Shown here piece after piece: positions 1 to 10,413 of a stretch of DNA of 64,000 bases (its first letter is position 1; the number at the start of each line of letters is the position of its first letter). The stretch spans positions 7,068,001 through 7,132,000 of the forward strand of contig JBHGNT010000020.1 of NCBI GenBank assembly GCA_043228905.1, read 5' to 3'. The position numbers were made by a program, and so were the translations under genes. Under the pieces are notes generated by a model. The model made no database searches. It saw only the letters and a program-made list of their open reading frames with translations, and was not told the origin of the DNA. This DNA is from Azolla caroliniana. Its lineage: Eukaryota > Plantae > Polypodiophyta.

Positions 1-1
1 T

Positions 2-2683
2 TCCGGCATCTCCCGGTTTCAGCTTGAACACCCACTTGTTTCGAAGTGCCCGCTTTCCTTTCGGCAACTCCACAAGTTCATATGTGTGGTTCTCATGCAG
101 GGAATCCATCTCCTCCTGCATGGCACTTAACCACCTGCGGCTATGGGTGTCAAGCTTTGCTTCTTCAAAACTCTCCGGCTCCCCCTCGTCGGTTAGCAGC
201 ACGTGCTCTGGTTCCGGAAATCTCCGAGGGGCCCTTCTCTCTCTTAGAGGGTATCTCCGTTCCGGAGCTTCGGTAACCGGCTGCTCCGTTTCCTCTTCAT
301 CCGAATCCATTTCGGAATCAGGGCCGGTTCCGGTATCAGTTTCATCTTCCTCGGCCGGTTCTGTTTCTTCACCGTCTTCGGCCGGATCCTCGAGTGCTAA
401 CCGGTCCCTTGCCGGTCGGGACTGCTCCTCGTAGAGTTTATCCTCACCGGTCGACTTGGAGCTCTTCATCTTCTTCTCCGACTCCCAGTCGGCGAGTGTC
501 TTGTCCTCCATGAAGATGATATCTCGACTCCTGAATATCTTCTTGTCGACCGGGTCCCATACTCGGTAGCCGAACTCGTCGTCGCCGTAACCGAGGAATA
601 TGCATGGCCGGGTCTTTGGGTCTAGCTTTCCTCTCCGGTCCTTTGCCACATGCACATATGTGAGACACCCGAACACCTTCAGATGCCGGTAGGATACTTC
701 CCTAACGGTCCACACTCTCTGCGGCGTGTCTCCGTCCAAAGGTACTGAGGGTGATCTGTTTATCACGTATGTCGCCGTCGACATTGCCTCAGCCCAAAAC
801 CCCTTGGGTAATTTCGCATGCGACAGCATACTCCGGACCCTCTCCATTATGGTCCGGTTCATCCTCTCGGCCAGCCCGTTCAGTTCCGGCGTCTTCGGCA
901 CAGTAAACTCGAGCCGGATTCCCTTCGTGCGACAGTACTCCTCGAACTGCCCCCGGTATTCCCCTCCGTTATCCGCTCGTATCGCTTTCAGCTCCCTACC
1001 GGATTCCCTTTCCATTCTCGCGTGGAGTTCTTTGAAGACGGACAATACTTGGTCCTTTGTCTTCAACGGTGCCGTCCACAGCTTCCGGCTATGGTCATCT
1101 ATGAATGTTACGAAGTACTGGGCTCCGCCATGTGACTTCGTTTCTACCTGACACACGTCAGTGTGCACCAACTCCAATGGTGCGCTACGTCTCGTCGGTG
1201 GCCTTGAGTGGAAGGAGGTCCGGTTTTGCTTACCGGCCAGACAGTCGATACACTTCCCCAAGTGTACATGCTTTACCGGTATCAGGTTGTCTTCGGCAAG
1301 CCTCTTCATCCCCTTCTCGCTCATGTGGCACAGTCTCTTGTGCCACAGCTCACCGTCAGTGTCAGCTGCCACGTTCAGCTCCTCCGGACATAGCCTGGAA
1401 TTCATCAGGTACAGTGTGTTGATCTTCCGGGCCCGAGCCACTATCAGGCTCCCTTTGCTGAACTTCATGACACCGTTCCGGATGCTACCCGTGTAGCCTT
1501 CATCGTCTAGCCTCCCGGCCGAAATCAGGTTCAATCGAACCTCCGGAACGTGTCGAACATCCTTCAGCAGCATCTTGCATCCGGTTGATGTCATCAACCA
1601 CACGTCTCCTATGCCGGCAATCCGGCATGTACCTTCATTTCCCATCCGGACACAGCCGTGCTCACCAGCTGTGTAGGATGAGAAGTATTTCTTCTCCGGG
1701 GTCAGGTGGAACGACGCTCCGGAATCGACCACCCAGGTCATCTCTTCACTGGCAAGGTTCAGCTCCCTCTCTTCGGTAATGAGCATTATCTCTTCTTCAC
1801 TTGCCGCGAGTGCCGTCGTTCCTTTCCGGTCCTGCCCTCGCCGATCCGGACCTCTCCGGTCCGTGGCTCCCCGGTATGCACCGTTTCGCTCCGGTGACTT
1901 CTTCGAATCGGTGTCGTCGGCACCGTTGTCCTTTCGGTAATGCCGACAGTTCTTCCGGAAGTGCCCCGGCTTCCCACAGTGGAAGCATGTGGGTCTTCCT
2001 CTTGACTGCGACCGGGTCCCCGACTTCTCCCGTCTTTGCGGACTCCGGTTCCAATGTCTTCCTCGTTCCGATTCGGTAAGCAGCATCTTCGGATCGGAAA
2101 CCTGTTCCTTATCTCTCCGACGCGCTTCTTCGTTCAAAATACTTGTCTTTACCGTTTGTAGGGACAAGTTATCTTCGGTGCAGGAGGTGCTGAGAGTCAC
2201 CACCAAGTTCTCCCAGCTTTCCGGCAATGTACACATCAGAATGATGGCTTGCATTGCATCCTCCAACGGGAACTTGATCGCCGCAAGCTGGTTCACGAAT
2301 CCCATGAACGTGCTCACGTGTTCCACCATATTCTCGCCGTCCCGGTACTTGAGATTCACTATCTTCCTCATCAGGGAGGTCCGGTTCAACGCATTCTTAC
2401 TCTCATAGAGGCCCGACAGCTTCTTCCACATCTCATAGGCGTTCGTATCGTTCGCCACATGTTGCAGGACACTTACATCGACATATTGCCGGATCGTCGC
2501 TACGGCTTTCCGGTTCAGGAGCTTCCACTCCGACTCTATTACCCCCTTGGGTATCTCGGCATTGTCGATCGGTTCGTACAGGTCTCGGATGATGAGAAGG
2601 TCTTCCATCTTTATCTTCCAGTCGGCGTAGTTCTGTGAGTTCAACATCATCATGCCCGGAGGCCCACTACCGCCGCCTTCCAT
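2..2683 (-). CDS. Ty1/Copia gag-pol polyprotein (Gag, zinc knuckle, protease, integrase, start of RT); runs off the left edge
   Basis: ATG at 2683 reads MEGGGSGPPGMMMLNSQNYADWKIKMEDLL. Later motifs: CFHCGKPGHFRKNC knuckle, WVVDSGAS protease, integrase core, and KWVFKLKP at the RT start. The ORF track lists no closed minus-strand Copia ORF here, which fits one stop-free frame leaving the window. Confidence 0.9.
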   Translation of the reverse strand, partial: MEGGGSGPPGMMMLNSQNYADWKIKMEDLLIIRDLYEPIDNAEIPKGVIESEWKLLNRKAVATIRQYVDVSVLQHVANDTNAYEMWKKLSGLYESKNALNRTSLMRKIVNLKYRDGENMVEHVSTFMGFVNQLAAIKFPLEDAMQAIILMCTLPESWENLVVTLSTSCTEDNLSLQTVKTSILNEEARRRDKEQVSDPKMLLTESERGRHWNRSPQRREKSGTRSQSRGRPTCFHCGKPGHFRKNCRHYRKDNGADDTDSKKSPERNGAYRGATDRRGPDRRGQDRKGTTALAASEEEIMLITEERELNLASEEMTWVVDSGASFHLTPEKKYFSSYTAGEHGCVRMGNEGTCRIAGIGDVWLMTSTGCKMLLKDVRHVPEVRLNLISAGRLDDEGYTGSIRNGVMKFSKGSLIVARARKINTLYLMNSRLCPEELNVAADTDGELWHKRLCHMSEKGMKRLAEDNLIPVKHVHLGKCIDCLAGKQNRTSFHSRPPTRRSAPLELVHTDVCQVETKSHGGAQYFVTFIDDHSRKLWTAPLKTKDQVLSVFKELHARMERESGRELKAIRADNGGEYRGQFEEYCRTKGIRLEFTVPKTPELNGLAERMNRTIMERVRSMLSHAKLPKGFWAEAMSTATYVINRSPSVPLDGDTPQRVWTVREVSYRHLKVFGCLTYVHVAKDRRGKLDPKTRPCIFLGYGDDEFGYRVWDPVDKKIFRSRDIIFMEDKTLADWESEKKMKSSKSTGEDKLYEEQSRPARDRLALEDPAEDGEETEPAEEDETDTGTGPDSEMDSDEEETEQPVTEAPERRYPLRERRAPRRFPEPEHVLLTDEGEPESFEEAKLDTHSRRWLSAMQEEMDSLHENHTYELVELPKGKRALRNKWVFKLKPGDAG

Positions 2684-2714
2684 TTTCTGTGTTACCGTTG
2701 CTCTGATACCAATT

Positions 2715-3338
2715 TGTTGCTCACAGTGCTCGGCCACAACCGAGGAATAGGATCAACTCACAGAAAATAGGAAATACAAAGTACACGAAGACAATAGAGA
2801 GAAGAGTACACAGGATATTTTACGTGGAAAACCCTAAATGGGAAAAAACCACGGGAGTCCTCAAACTCCAACTATCACTATGAACAGAGATGTACAATGG
2901 TGAAGCTTCAAGGCAACAACCTTGAACTCACTGTCTTCGCCACAGGCGGCGGTAATACACAGAGGCAACGACCTCTTCGTCTCTCTCACTCTCTCTCTCT
3001 CTCTCGGCTGCTCTCTTTACTCTCTCTAAGTGAAAGCAGAAAAATAAGCAACAACAACAAACTGTTTGCCCTAAGTCATATTTATACACATATGACTTTC
3101 GGGCTATTTACAAATATAGCCTCAAGGGCCCTTGGCAAACATATTCACAAATATGTCCCCGCATCCGGATCTCTCTCCGGGTACATTCGTCATCCGGCTC
3201 CGTAGCCGGGGTCTTCATCATCCGGCTCCGTAGCCGGGGTCTTCATCGTCCGGCTCCGGAATCGTAACCGTAACCGTAACCGGGATTGCCGTCATTCATC
3301 TCCGGACATCCCATCCGGAGGGACCGAAAATCCCAACA
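2715..3338 (-). repeat. 5' LTR of Copia A
   Basis: TG...CA termini 3 nt from the PBS. Internal CCGG-rich tandem repeats. Similar to the LTRs at 22761, 41362, 44371, 49108 and 59354. Confidence 0.9.
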
Positions 3339-5370
3339 GTCATGGATAGTCACTTTGTTAAGAGGCCTGAAGTCGATGCAAAAGCGGAAGGTGCCATCAT
3401 CCTTCTTGACGAGGTGGGGTTCCGAAACCCAATCGCTTGTGGAAGGAACGATAATACCTTTGGTGAGCATGTCGGTGACGGCCGCATCAATGCAATCGTG
3501 GTCGAGAGGGGAACGTCGGCGGGTAGCCATGCGGATCGGAGTGGCCTCCCCAGTACGAATGGCATGTTGTACCGGGAAAGAGACAGTAGGAGCATGTGTG
3601 GGTTGGAGGGTTAGTGAGGGAAAATGGGCTAATAATTGGCGGATGGAGACCAATCGCCTTGTGGACTAAGTGCTACCTGAACTTGGCTAAGGTGGGGGAT
3701 AGGGGAGCTATCTTGTAGAAGAGGGATAGGGGAAGCATGTGGGACAAGAAGTTTGTGGGCATCAAAATCAATCACAGCGCGGCGCTTGAGGAACCAATCA
3801 CAACCTAGGGTGAGGGGGAAGAGTTGGTGGGGCAAGACATAAAAGTGATGTGAGAAGGTGATAGTGCCTAAGGTGAAGGTGCAATGGGCTTGTGTGTGAG
3901 AGTGGTAAAGATGTTGGTGATCGCCAAAAAGGACTTGGATGGAAGGAGCAATGGATGTGGGGAGACCTAACCGGTGTACTAAAGCGGTGCTAATAGAAGA
4001 TATACTACTACCAATGTCTAATAAGATGGTGTGGGTGCAATGATTAATGGTGGCGAGGGCGGTGCCTACCCTCGAACTAGAAGAGGCGGACGCTTGGATG
4101 TGGAGGGCTGGCTCTTCCATCAGCACCCCGGACGTCAGTTTCTCGGAAGCTCAGCCAACGATGTCGCGTCAACCATAGTTATCTGGACTTGTTGCTTGTG
4201 AGATTGTTGTTGCAATTTCCGGCACTGACGTCGGACGTGTCCATAATTGTGGCAGTAGAAACACCTCGGGCGCCCTTGGCTATCGCGATCAGGACGGTTG
4301 CGGCGAGCTTGCAATTGCATGTTTTGGACATCAATGTCCATGGGGGCCGCGCCTTGGTATTGGGCGCGTGAGTTGGTGGCTGATGGATGGGGCCAACGAG
4401 GTTGGGTTTCAGATAATGTACAAGCTTCGATTCGTTGGGCGATGAGGATGGCGTCGTTGAATGTCTGCAAACCTTGGTCCCGAGCGCGGCGAGTGATGTC
4501 GTGGCGTAGACGAGGCCATAAGAAGAAAAGCTTCACATGCTCGGGCATGGTAGGGTCCGCGCGAATGAGGAGTTGATTGAGGCGAACACCAAATTGGCCC
4601 ACGGGTTCGTGTGCTTGTAGTTGCAATGTTTCGAGTTGTTGTAACGCCGTTTGGGCTGAATTTTGATGGGCGAAGTTTTGTACGAGGAGATCCCGAAGGA
4701 TCACTCAATTCTCGGTCACGTCGCTTGGTTGTTGGACATACCAGGTGGCGGCGATGTTTTCGAGCAAGGTACGAACTTCCAAAGCTTTGCACTCGTCGGA
4801 CCATCGATGGTAACTAAAGATCATCTCAAATGATCCAACCAAGCTAAGACATCCTCGGAAGGCAATCCGGAGAAGGACTTCGGGCGCACCTTGGAATCTG
4901 GACGATCTTGCGCGCGGTCGTTGTGAGCGGAGAGGAAGGAGAGCATAGCTTGATTCGTATGGCTAATTTGAAGCATGGCGTTGGAGACGAGTTCCAGGAG
5001 CTGCTCCATTTGGAAAGGGGGAGGTCGTGCGTGAGGTTGCGAGAACTCAGGCTCCATCGGGGTATCAACGTTGGAGGCGGCGGAAGGGAATTGGGATGCC
5101 ATGAACAATGTAGTAGTGGCTAAAATTTGAGCCCGCTTCTCCACCAATTATGTGAAATGCACATAAAAGGAAACCAAACCAGCCTAGCTAGCTTCATACT
5201 TATCATTCAATATATAGAAGATACAAAGAACCCATTTTGGGACGGCCTAGCTACACGTGTCCCAAAATGGTGTGCTAAAAGGGTGGGCTAAAATGGGTGA
5301 TGTGCTAAACGGGAGTGGCTAAAAGAGTGGTGTGTTCAAATGCATGCTCTTGCATGAAAGGGACACCACA
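3339..5370 (-). mobile_element. Ty3/Gypsy element, 5' part (gag, protease, RT N-terminus), degenerate and interrupted by Copia A
   Basis: Gag fragments at 4821-5147 and 4135-4704 (CFYCHNYGHVRRQC knuckle). Protease LLDIGS in 3629-4126. RT start VKKDDGTFRFCIDFRPLN. PBS TGGTGGAGAAGCGGGC (5131-5146) resembles the tRNA-Ala 3' end. Putative short LTR at 5151-5370 (TGTG...CACA). Confidence 0.8.
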
Positions 5371-7449
5371 ATACCAATGGAGGATATTTTTTATGGAAAA
5401 AAAAAGAGCTTCTACCAATACAAGTTACAGCTAAAGACCAATGTGACTCTAGTGCAACATCATGTGTAGTTGTTAAAACTCAACAATGAGACTTGATTGC
5501 CTGAAGAGATAAGTTTCTTTGTGTCACACTCATGTGTCTATTATTGGATACAACTTGGTCTAGTCCAATGAAGAGTGGGAAGTTCTCTTTGTGTCCTCCA
5601 AGTGTCATAAGCCTTCTCTATCATTGTCATGAATTTTGGCTTTGTACATTAACTTTCCTTAGCAACGAATAATTTGTCAATTTGCATATCCTATAAAACA
5701 TCCACTAACAACGATGATCGATCAGAATGCTTGAATTAGCATTATCTGAAGATCTTCGTACTCTCCACGTCACTTGGGAGGAGGGCAAGGTACCCTCAAT
5801 GGCTCTCTACCTCGTTGCTTGAATTAATGTCAATGCTTGAACCTCTTACCTATGATGGCACTATCTAGGTGCTACATTATTTAGAGCATGAGCCTAAAGG
5901 GAAGATTAAGTGACTACTAGTAGCTTAATGTGGCAACACATGTTAGTTCACACTAAGTACCAATTACATGAGAAACACAAATTAGTTGTAGAGATTGAAG
6001 AGAAGGAAATTATATGAAAAAAAACGAGCTTAAATCTTTATTTCACATCTCTCTATTACAAATGCTACCATTGAGCGACTCATATAGGTTCCACTAAACT
6101 TTAATTGCTTATTCATGGTACACATAACCAAATATCACTATCATCCAAATTTAGTTTTACATCCTCTTAAAGTATATTTTCTTTTCTTGTGTTACACACC
6201 GTGGCATTGTTGGACCGCCAACAACATGCATCACAACTAGGTGGTGAACAAGCATAAGACTAAGAGTACTACCTATAGGGAAGATAACCATGTTTTCAAA
6301 CCATTCTAGCATAATGCCAATATTTGGTGTAATATTTTAGCTTTGGTCTTGTAGCTCCATTTCATTTGCTAGTGGATTATTAAAGATTGAATAAGGTCAC
6401 CATTTGAAATTGATAGCCTTGTATCGTTGATCTTAAGTCTTTCAGAGCATCTCAATGGATCCAAATATTGCATGTTGTTAGATCTTCAATGTGTATATGG
6501 CCTTGTTTGAATTTATCTAAGAAGGAATGAAAACTTCATACTTAATATGGACAATTCAAATACATGGTTATGCATTTCAATCTCACGAGTTGCCAATAGT
6601 TTTTCAACATGTTGAATAGAATATTTCTCTAGATTTCTTGCACATGTTTAGCGTTGTCGTGGCATGGCTCACCTAGAAGCATAGCGTTGCTTGGACGGAA
6701 GATAACGTGAAAGTGAGGAAGGAATCAATAGGATTTTGGACGGAAGAGACGAATAGAGTAAAGATGTAGTAAAGAGAGATCCACGAGATATGACAAAATA
6801 AGAATGATATTTGGGGGAATATAAGAAATTTATAATAATTTCATGAAAGAGCTAGCGTCGTTGAATCTTTGCACTTTGTCTCTTAAGGGTACCACAATCT
6901 TTCCTTCTGCCTTTTGATTTAGATAAGGCTCGAACCTCCACTCTTTCGTTGCGAGTTGAGCACCACAACCGCCAAGCTAGTTCTTCTCTTATCTTTTAGG
7001 ATTGTATATAATTTTCACCGTCTCTGCCTCTTTCTCTGTTATGATATCTCTTACAATATAATTCTATTCGATTTGATTAATTTCCTTGTGACTATACTCC
7101 ATTCTCCTTTTATAGGAAAGGGATGGTTCTACATGTGGGCCATGTGGCGCACATGTAGACAGGCTCTTGTGCGTGTGCTATATGGTGCACATGTAGTACA
7201 TTACATGGTTTAGACTATACAATGCTAGTTCAAGTCAAATAACAAATAAAATAATTTAAAACATTTTGTGAGTATTGGGTAAATGGTAGGCTTTGAGGCT
7301 CATAAGGTGGAGGTTGTCCATTCAAGTCCTCTCTTGCCCATTTGCCTCTACACAGTGTGTGTAATATTATCATAGTGCTTTGTTCATATGATCTATATGT
7401 ATAAAACACTATCAAGATTCTTTTTATTGTAGTTATGTATTTATCTTAT

Positions 7450-9240
7450 TGTAGACTTTTAATGTGAAGCTTTCCTACTTCACGACACCCTTGTTTCTCT
7501 TGATGACATCTTGATCGACTTTAAGACTTGAGAGTAGCACAACATCCATGTTCATCAAGCTCATAAATTATTATGGCCTCAACATCAAACCAGAGAAATG
7601 AAGGCTTGCTATCTCTATGGATCTCACAAATATTCCAATGGTTCTATACTAGCAAACAATGTTTTCTATGCATGATGTGCAATGTTTCTTAGTGACAAAT
7701 TCTAGCAAATGTTCTTCAAGAATGATTCCAAGGTCATGTTATGTCCATAGTCGAGGTGTTTGAAATCTTAATGTGAGTGTTCACATTTGCTGTTACGGGC
7801 ATGACCATTTAATATCCCGTGGTGAGAATTTACCGTAGTATTCTATACACATGGATAAGTGTGAGGGTTAAACGAGAGTGTAAAGAAGGGGAGGATTACT
7901 TTTAATCCTCGGGATTGAGACAACCCATTAGGTCAAGTGTGAACTTGCCTAGGGGCCTTGGGTATCGCTATAAATAAGAGGCCTAACTACCCTCATTTGA
8001 TCATCTTTCGACTACATCGAGACTCTGCTCTTGTGGTGGGTCAACTCTTATAGCGAGCGCGCCAGCACCAGGTACGACTCGACGCCACGACGGTGGTATG
8101 GGACGCTGATCGAGGCTCGAGTCCGTCTCGATCCCTTCGCTCAGGGGTGGTTGGGTGGATCGGCACCCTTCTTTCTCTTTCTCCTTTCTATCTATCATTA
8201 CTTTATCCTTATCTTAAGCTTACTTTAGTACCTAGATCTCTAATATTTGCCTCCCTTTTGGTCCATGTAAACCTAACCAAGACTTTCATGCCCAAAGTTT
8301 GACATATCTTGAATTTGCACTTGGGGATGTATTTCTTGTATATTGGGGGTGATGAGTAATTGCATCTAATGATAGTTTGAAGCTGATAAAAATAAACCAA
8401 GATCATTGTTAACAATGACCACAAGAATTGGATGGTGGGCAAGATTTGAGTCAATTGACCATAAACACCATCGGCACAAATTTTGACATGTTTCGAGTTT
8501 GTTGATATTATGTTGCCCCTAGAAACAATAACGAAAAGATCACATTTCCTTGCTGCTTGACATGGTGGATCAATAATAGGATGGCACATTTTGCTTCCTT
8601 ACTCTATACTATCACTACTCATGATTTGACAAAAGAGCTAGTTATAAATTAAGAAATATGCATGTGTCATGGTTTCCCATAATGTTGAGCTACACCAACG
8701 AGGTTTCCGAAGAGTCACAACGGTCGTAGAGCAATCATGGTCTCAAACTTTTTATTCATAATAATCCCGTTGAAAATGCTTGAGAGATTAGTAAGTTTTA
8801 ACACTCTATGTGTATATTCATCATGAGATCGATGATAGGTGCAAGCAAAATAAAGAGATGTTTGCACAAGTCTCATGATGTTGACTAAAACCCCATGTCA
8901 AATGAAGCTAATCTAGTTTGACTCTCTTGGTAATTGGCATTCATGAACTCAAAGTTTGATGTGCATAGAAACCGATTGATATATGACGGTAAGCTCCACA
9001 TCTATTTGACCTTTAGCTAGAGTGAAATTGCCTAGAATGCTAGGATAGTGCGAAGTATCATCACCTTGGTATTGGCAACAAGGCTCAATGTGAGCCCTTT
9101 CTAGCTACATGGATGTTCTAAAGGGGTGTGCCATAAAGTATAGATCTGTAATTGAGGGTTTGAATGTGTCATGGAAGTGGTATCAAACATGCTCAATGTA
9201 TGTTGGATAGCTCTAGCCCTAAGAGTTTCTGAAAAGAGAA
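7450..9240 (+). pseudogene. Highly decayed Gypsy pol remnant
   Basis: Fragmentary motifs only: LDDILI near 7495-7515 and integrase-like AYNA/SPF traces near 9010-9110. No ORF. Boundaries are approximate. Confidence 0.4.
7791..8245 (+). mobile_element. Solo LTR of the Gypsy family at 28060-35078
   Basis: 455 bp, collinear with 28060-28514. TGTTA...TAATA ends. Perfect 5-bp TSD TTTGC (7786-7790 and 8246-8250). No PBS or PPT next to it. Confidence 0.95.
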
Positions 9241-10413
9241 TGTTGTGATCCACATACAACATCATACACTAATTTGTAATATGCAGATGCATGCATTGAC
9301 GCATAACTTTGTCGCGTTTCTCCCTTTGTTATTTTGGCCATTTCATCAAGGGATTTAAAAGGTGTGAGCAAGGAAAACCATGATAAAAATGGAGGTGTTA
9401 AAGCCCTTTCGGTTTATGTGTGATCATATACATGTACACACTAAAGATAGCGAGCTCGTACAAACATGGAGGCACGCTAAAGATAGGTAAACATCGATAA
9501 AACACACGCACATTATGTAGAGGCAAGACGATATAAAGATAGCGAGGGAGGGAAGGGTAGATTATGATTGGAGAAGGGAAGGAGTAGAAAAGGGCAATGT
9601 ATTGCCCCAAAAGCGAGTAAGGAAGAAGTGCTCCTTCTTCTCGCTAAGAAATAAAAATGAGTAAAGGATTGCCCTTGGAATGGGGAACATCCATCCCTAC
9701 CCTTATATGAGTGAAGGGCGAAAACAAAGAGAGAGGGGGGAGGGGTGCTCATCCTTCATAATTTAGTAGTGAACGCATACAACATTATAAATGTGTGTGT
9801 ATGTAGTATATGTATACATATATATATGTATGCACATAAATAGGAACTATGTTATTGGGTGAGTGAAGAAAGATGATCTGTTTTAATGAAGAGCCATTTA
9901 TTTGTAACAATAAATAGAAATGAATTATGTTAATAATAATAGCTAAATACATACGTAGAGTAGGATAAATACGAAGAATAAATATTTTGGGTAGGTCCAA
10001 AAAGATTAAAAAAAAAAAAAAAGTGGGAAGAGAAAAGAAAGAAGGCAACACACACAAGTTTATATGATTAATGACGGCTCTGAGATATTTTATTTATTTA
10101 CTCGTTTTTATAATTGATTAAATGCTTTTGTGTGTGTGTGTTATTATTATGTACATATTTTTCCTTCTGTCTCCTCATCTTAAGAGGAGGCGGAAGGAGG
10201 CTTAGCTTTTATTTATTTATTTATTTATTTATATTATTTATTATTTATTTGTTTCCTCGAAAAGCTCCTCTCTAAAAAAAAAGAAAGAAAAACATAAAAA
10301 AAAAAAAGCCCAACATAAAAATAAAAAGCCAACACGACCCGGAAAAAGCATCCAGAACCCAAAAAAACAACCCCCAAAAAAAAAGCGAAGAAAGAAAGAA
10401 AGGAAGCTTTGCC

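Larger units (their letters stand above)
1..3338 (-). mobile_element. Copia LTR retrotransposon A (5' part; remainder outside the window)
   Basis: 5' LTR at 2715-3338 with TGTTG...CAACA ends. Met-i PBS (TGGTATCAGAGC on minus) at about 2700-2711. Inserted into the RT region of the adjacent Gypsy fragment. Confidence 0.92.

Noticed and set aside
24-2638. Numerous plus-strand ORFs over Copia A, and similar antisense ORFs over the other elements
   Set aside because: They are shadow frames of gag-pol with no independent motifs.
5371-7450. Possible decayed DNA-transposon or other TE remnant
   Set aside because: No ORF, TIR or diagnostic motif could be supported by eye.
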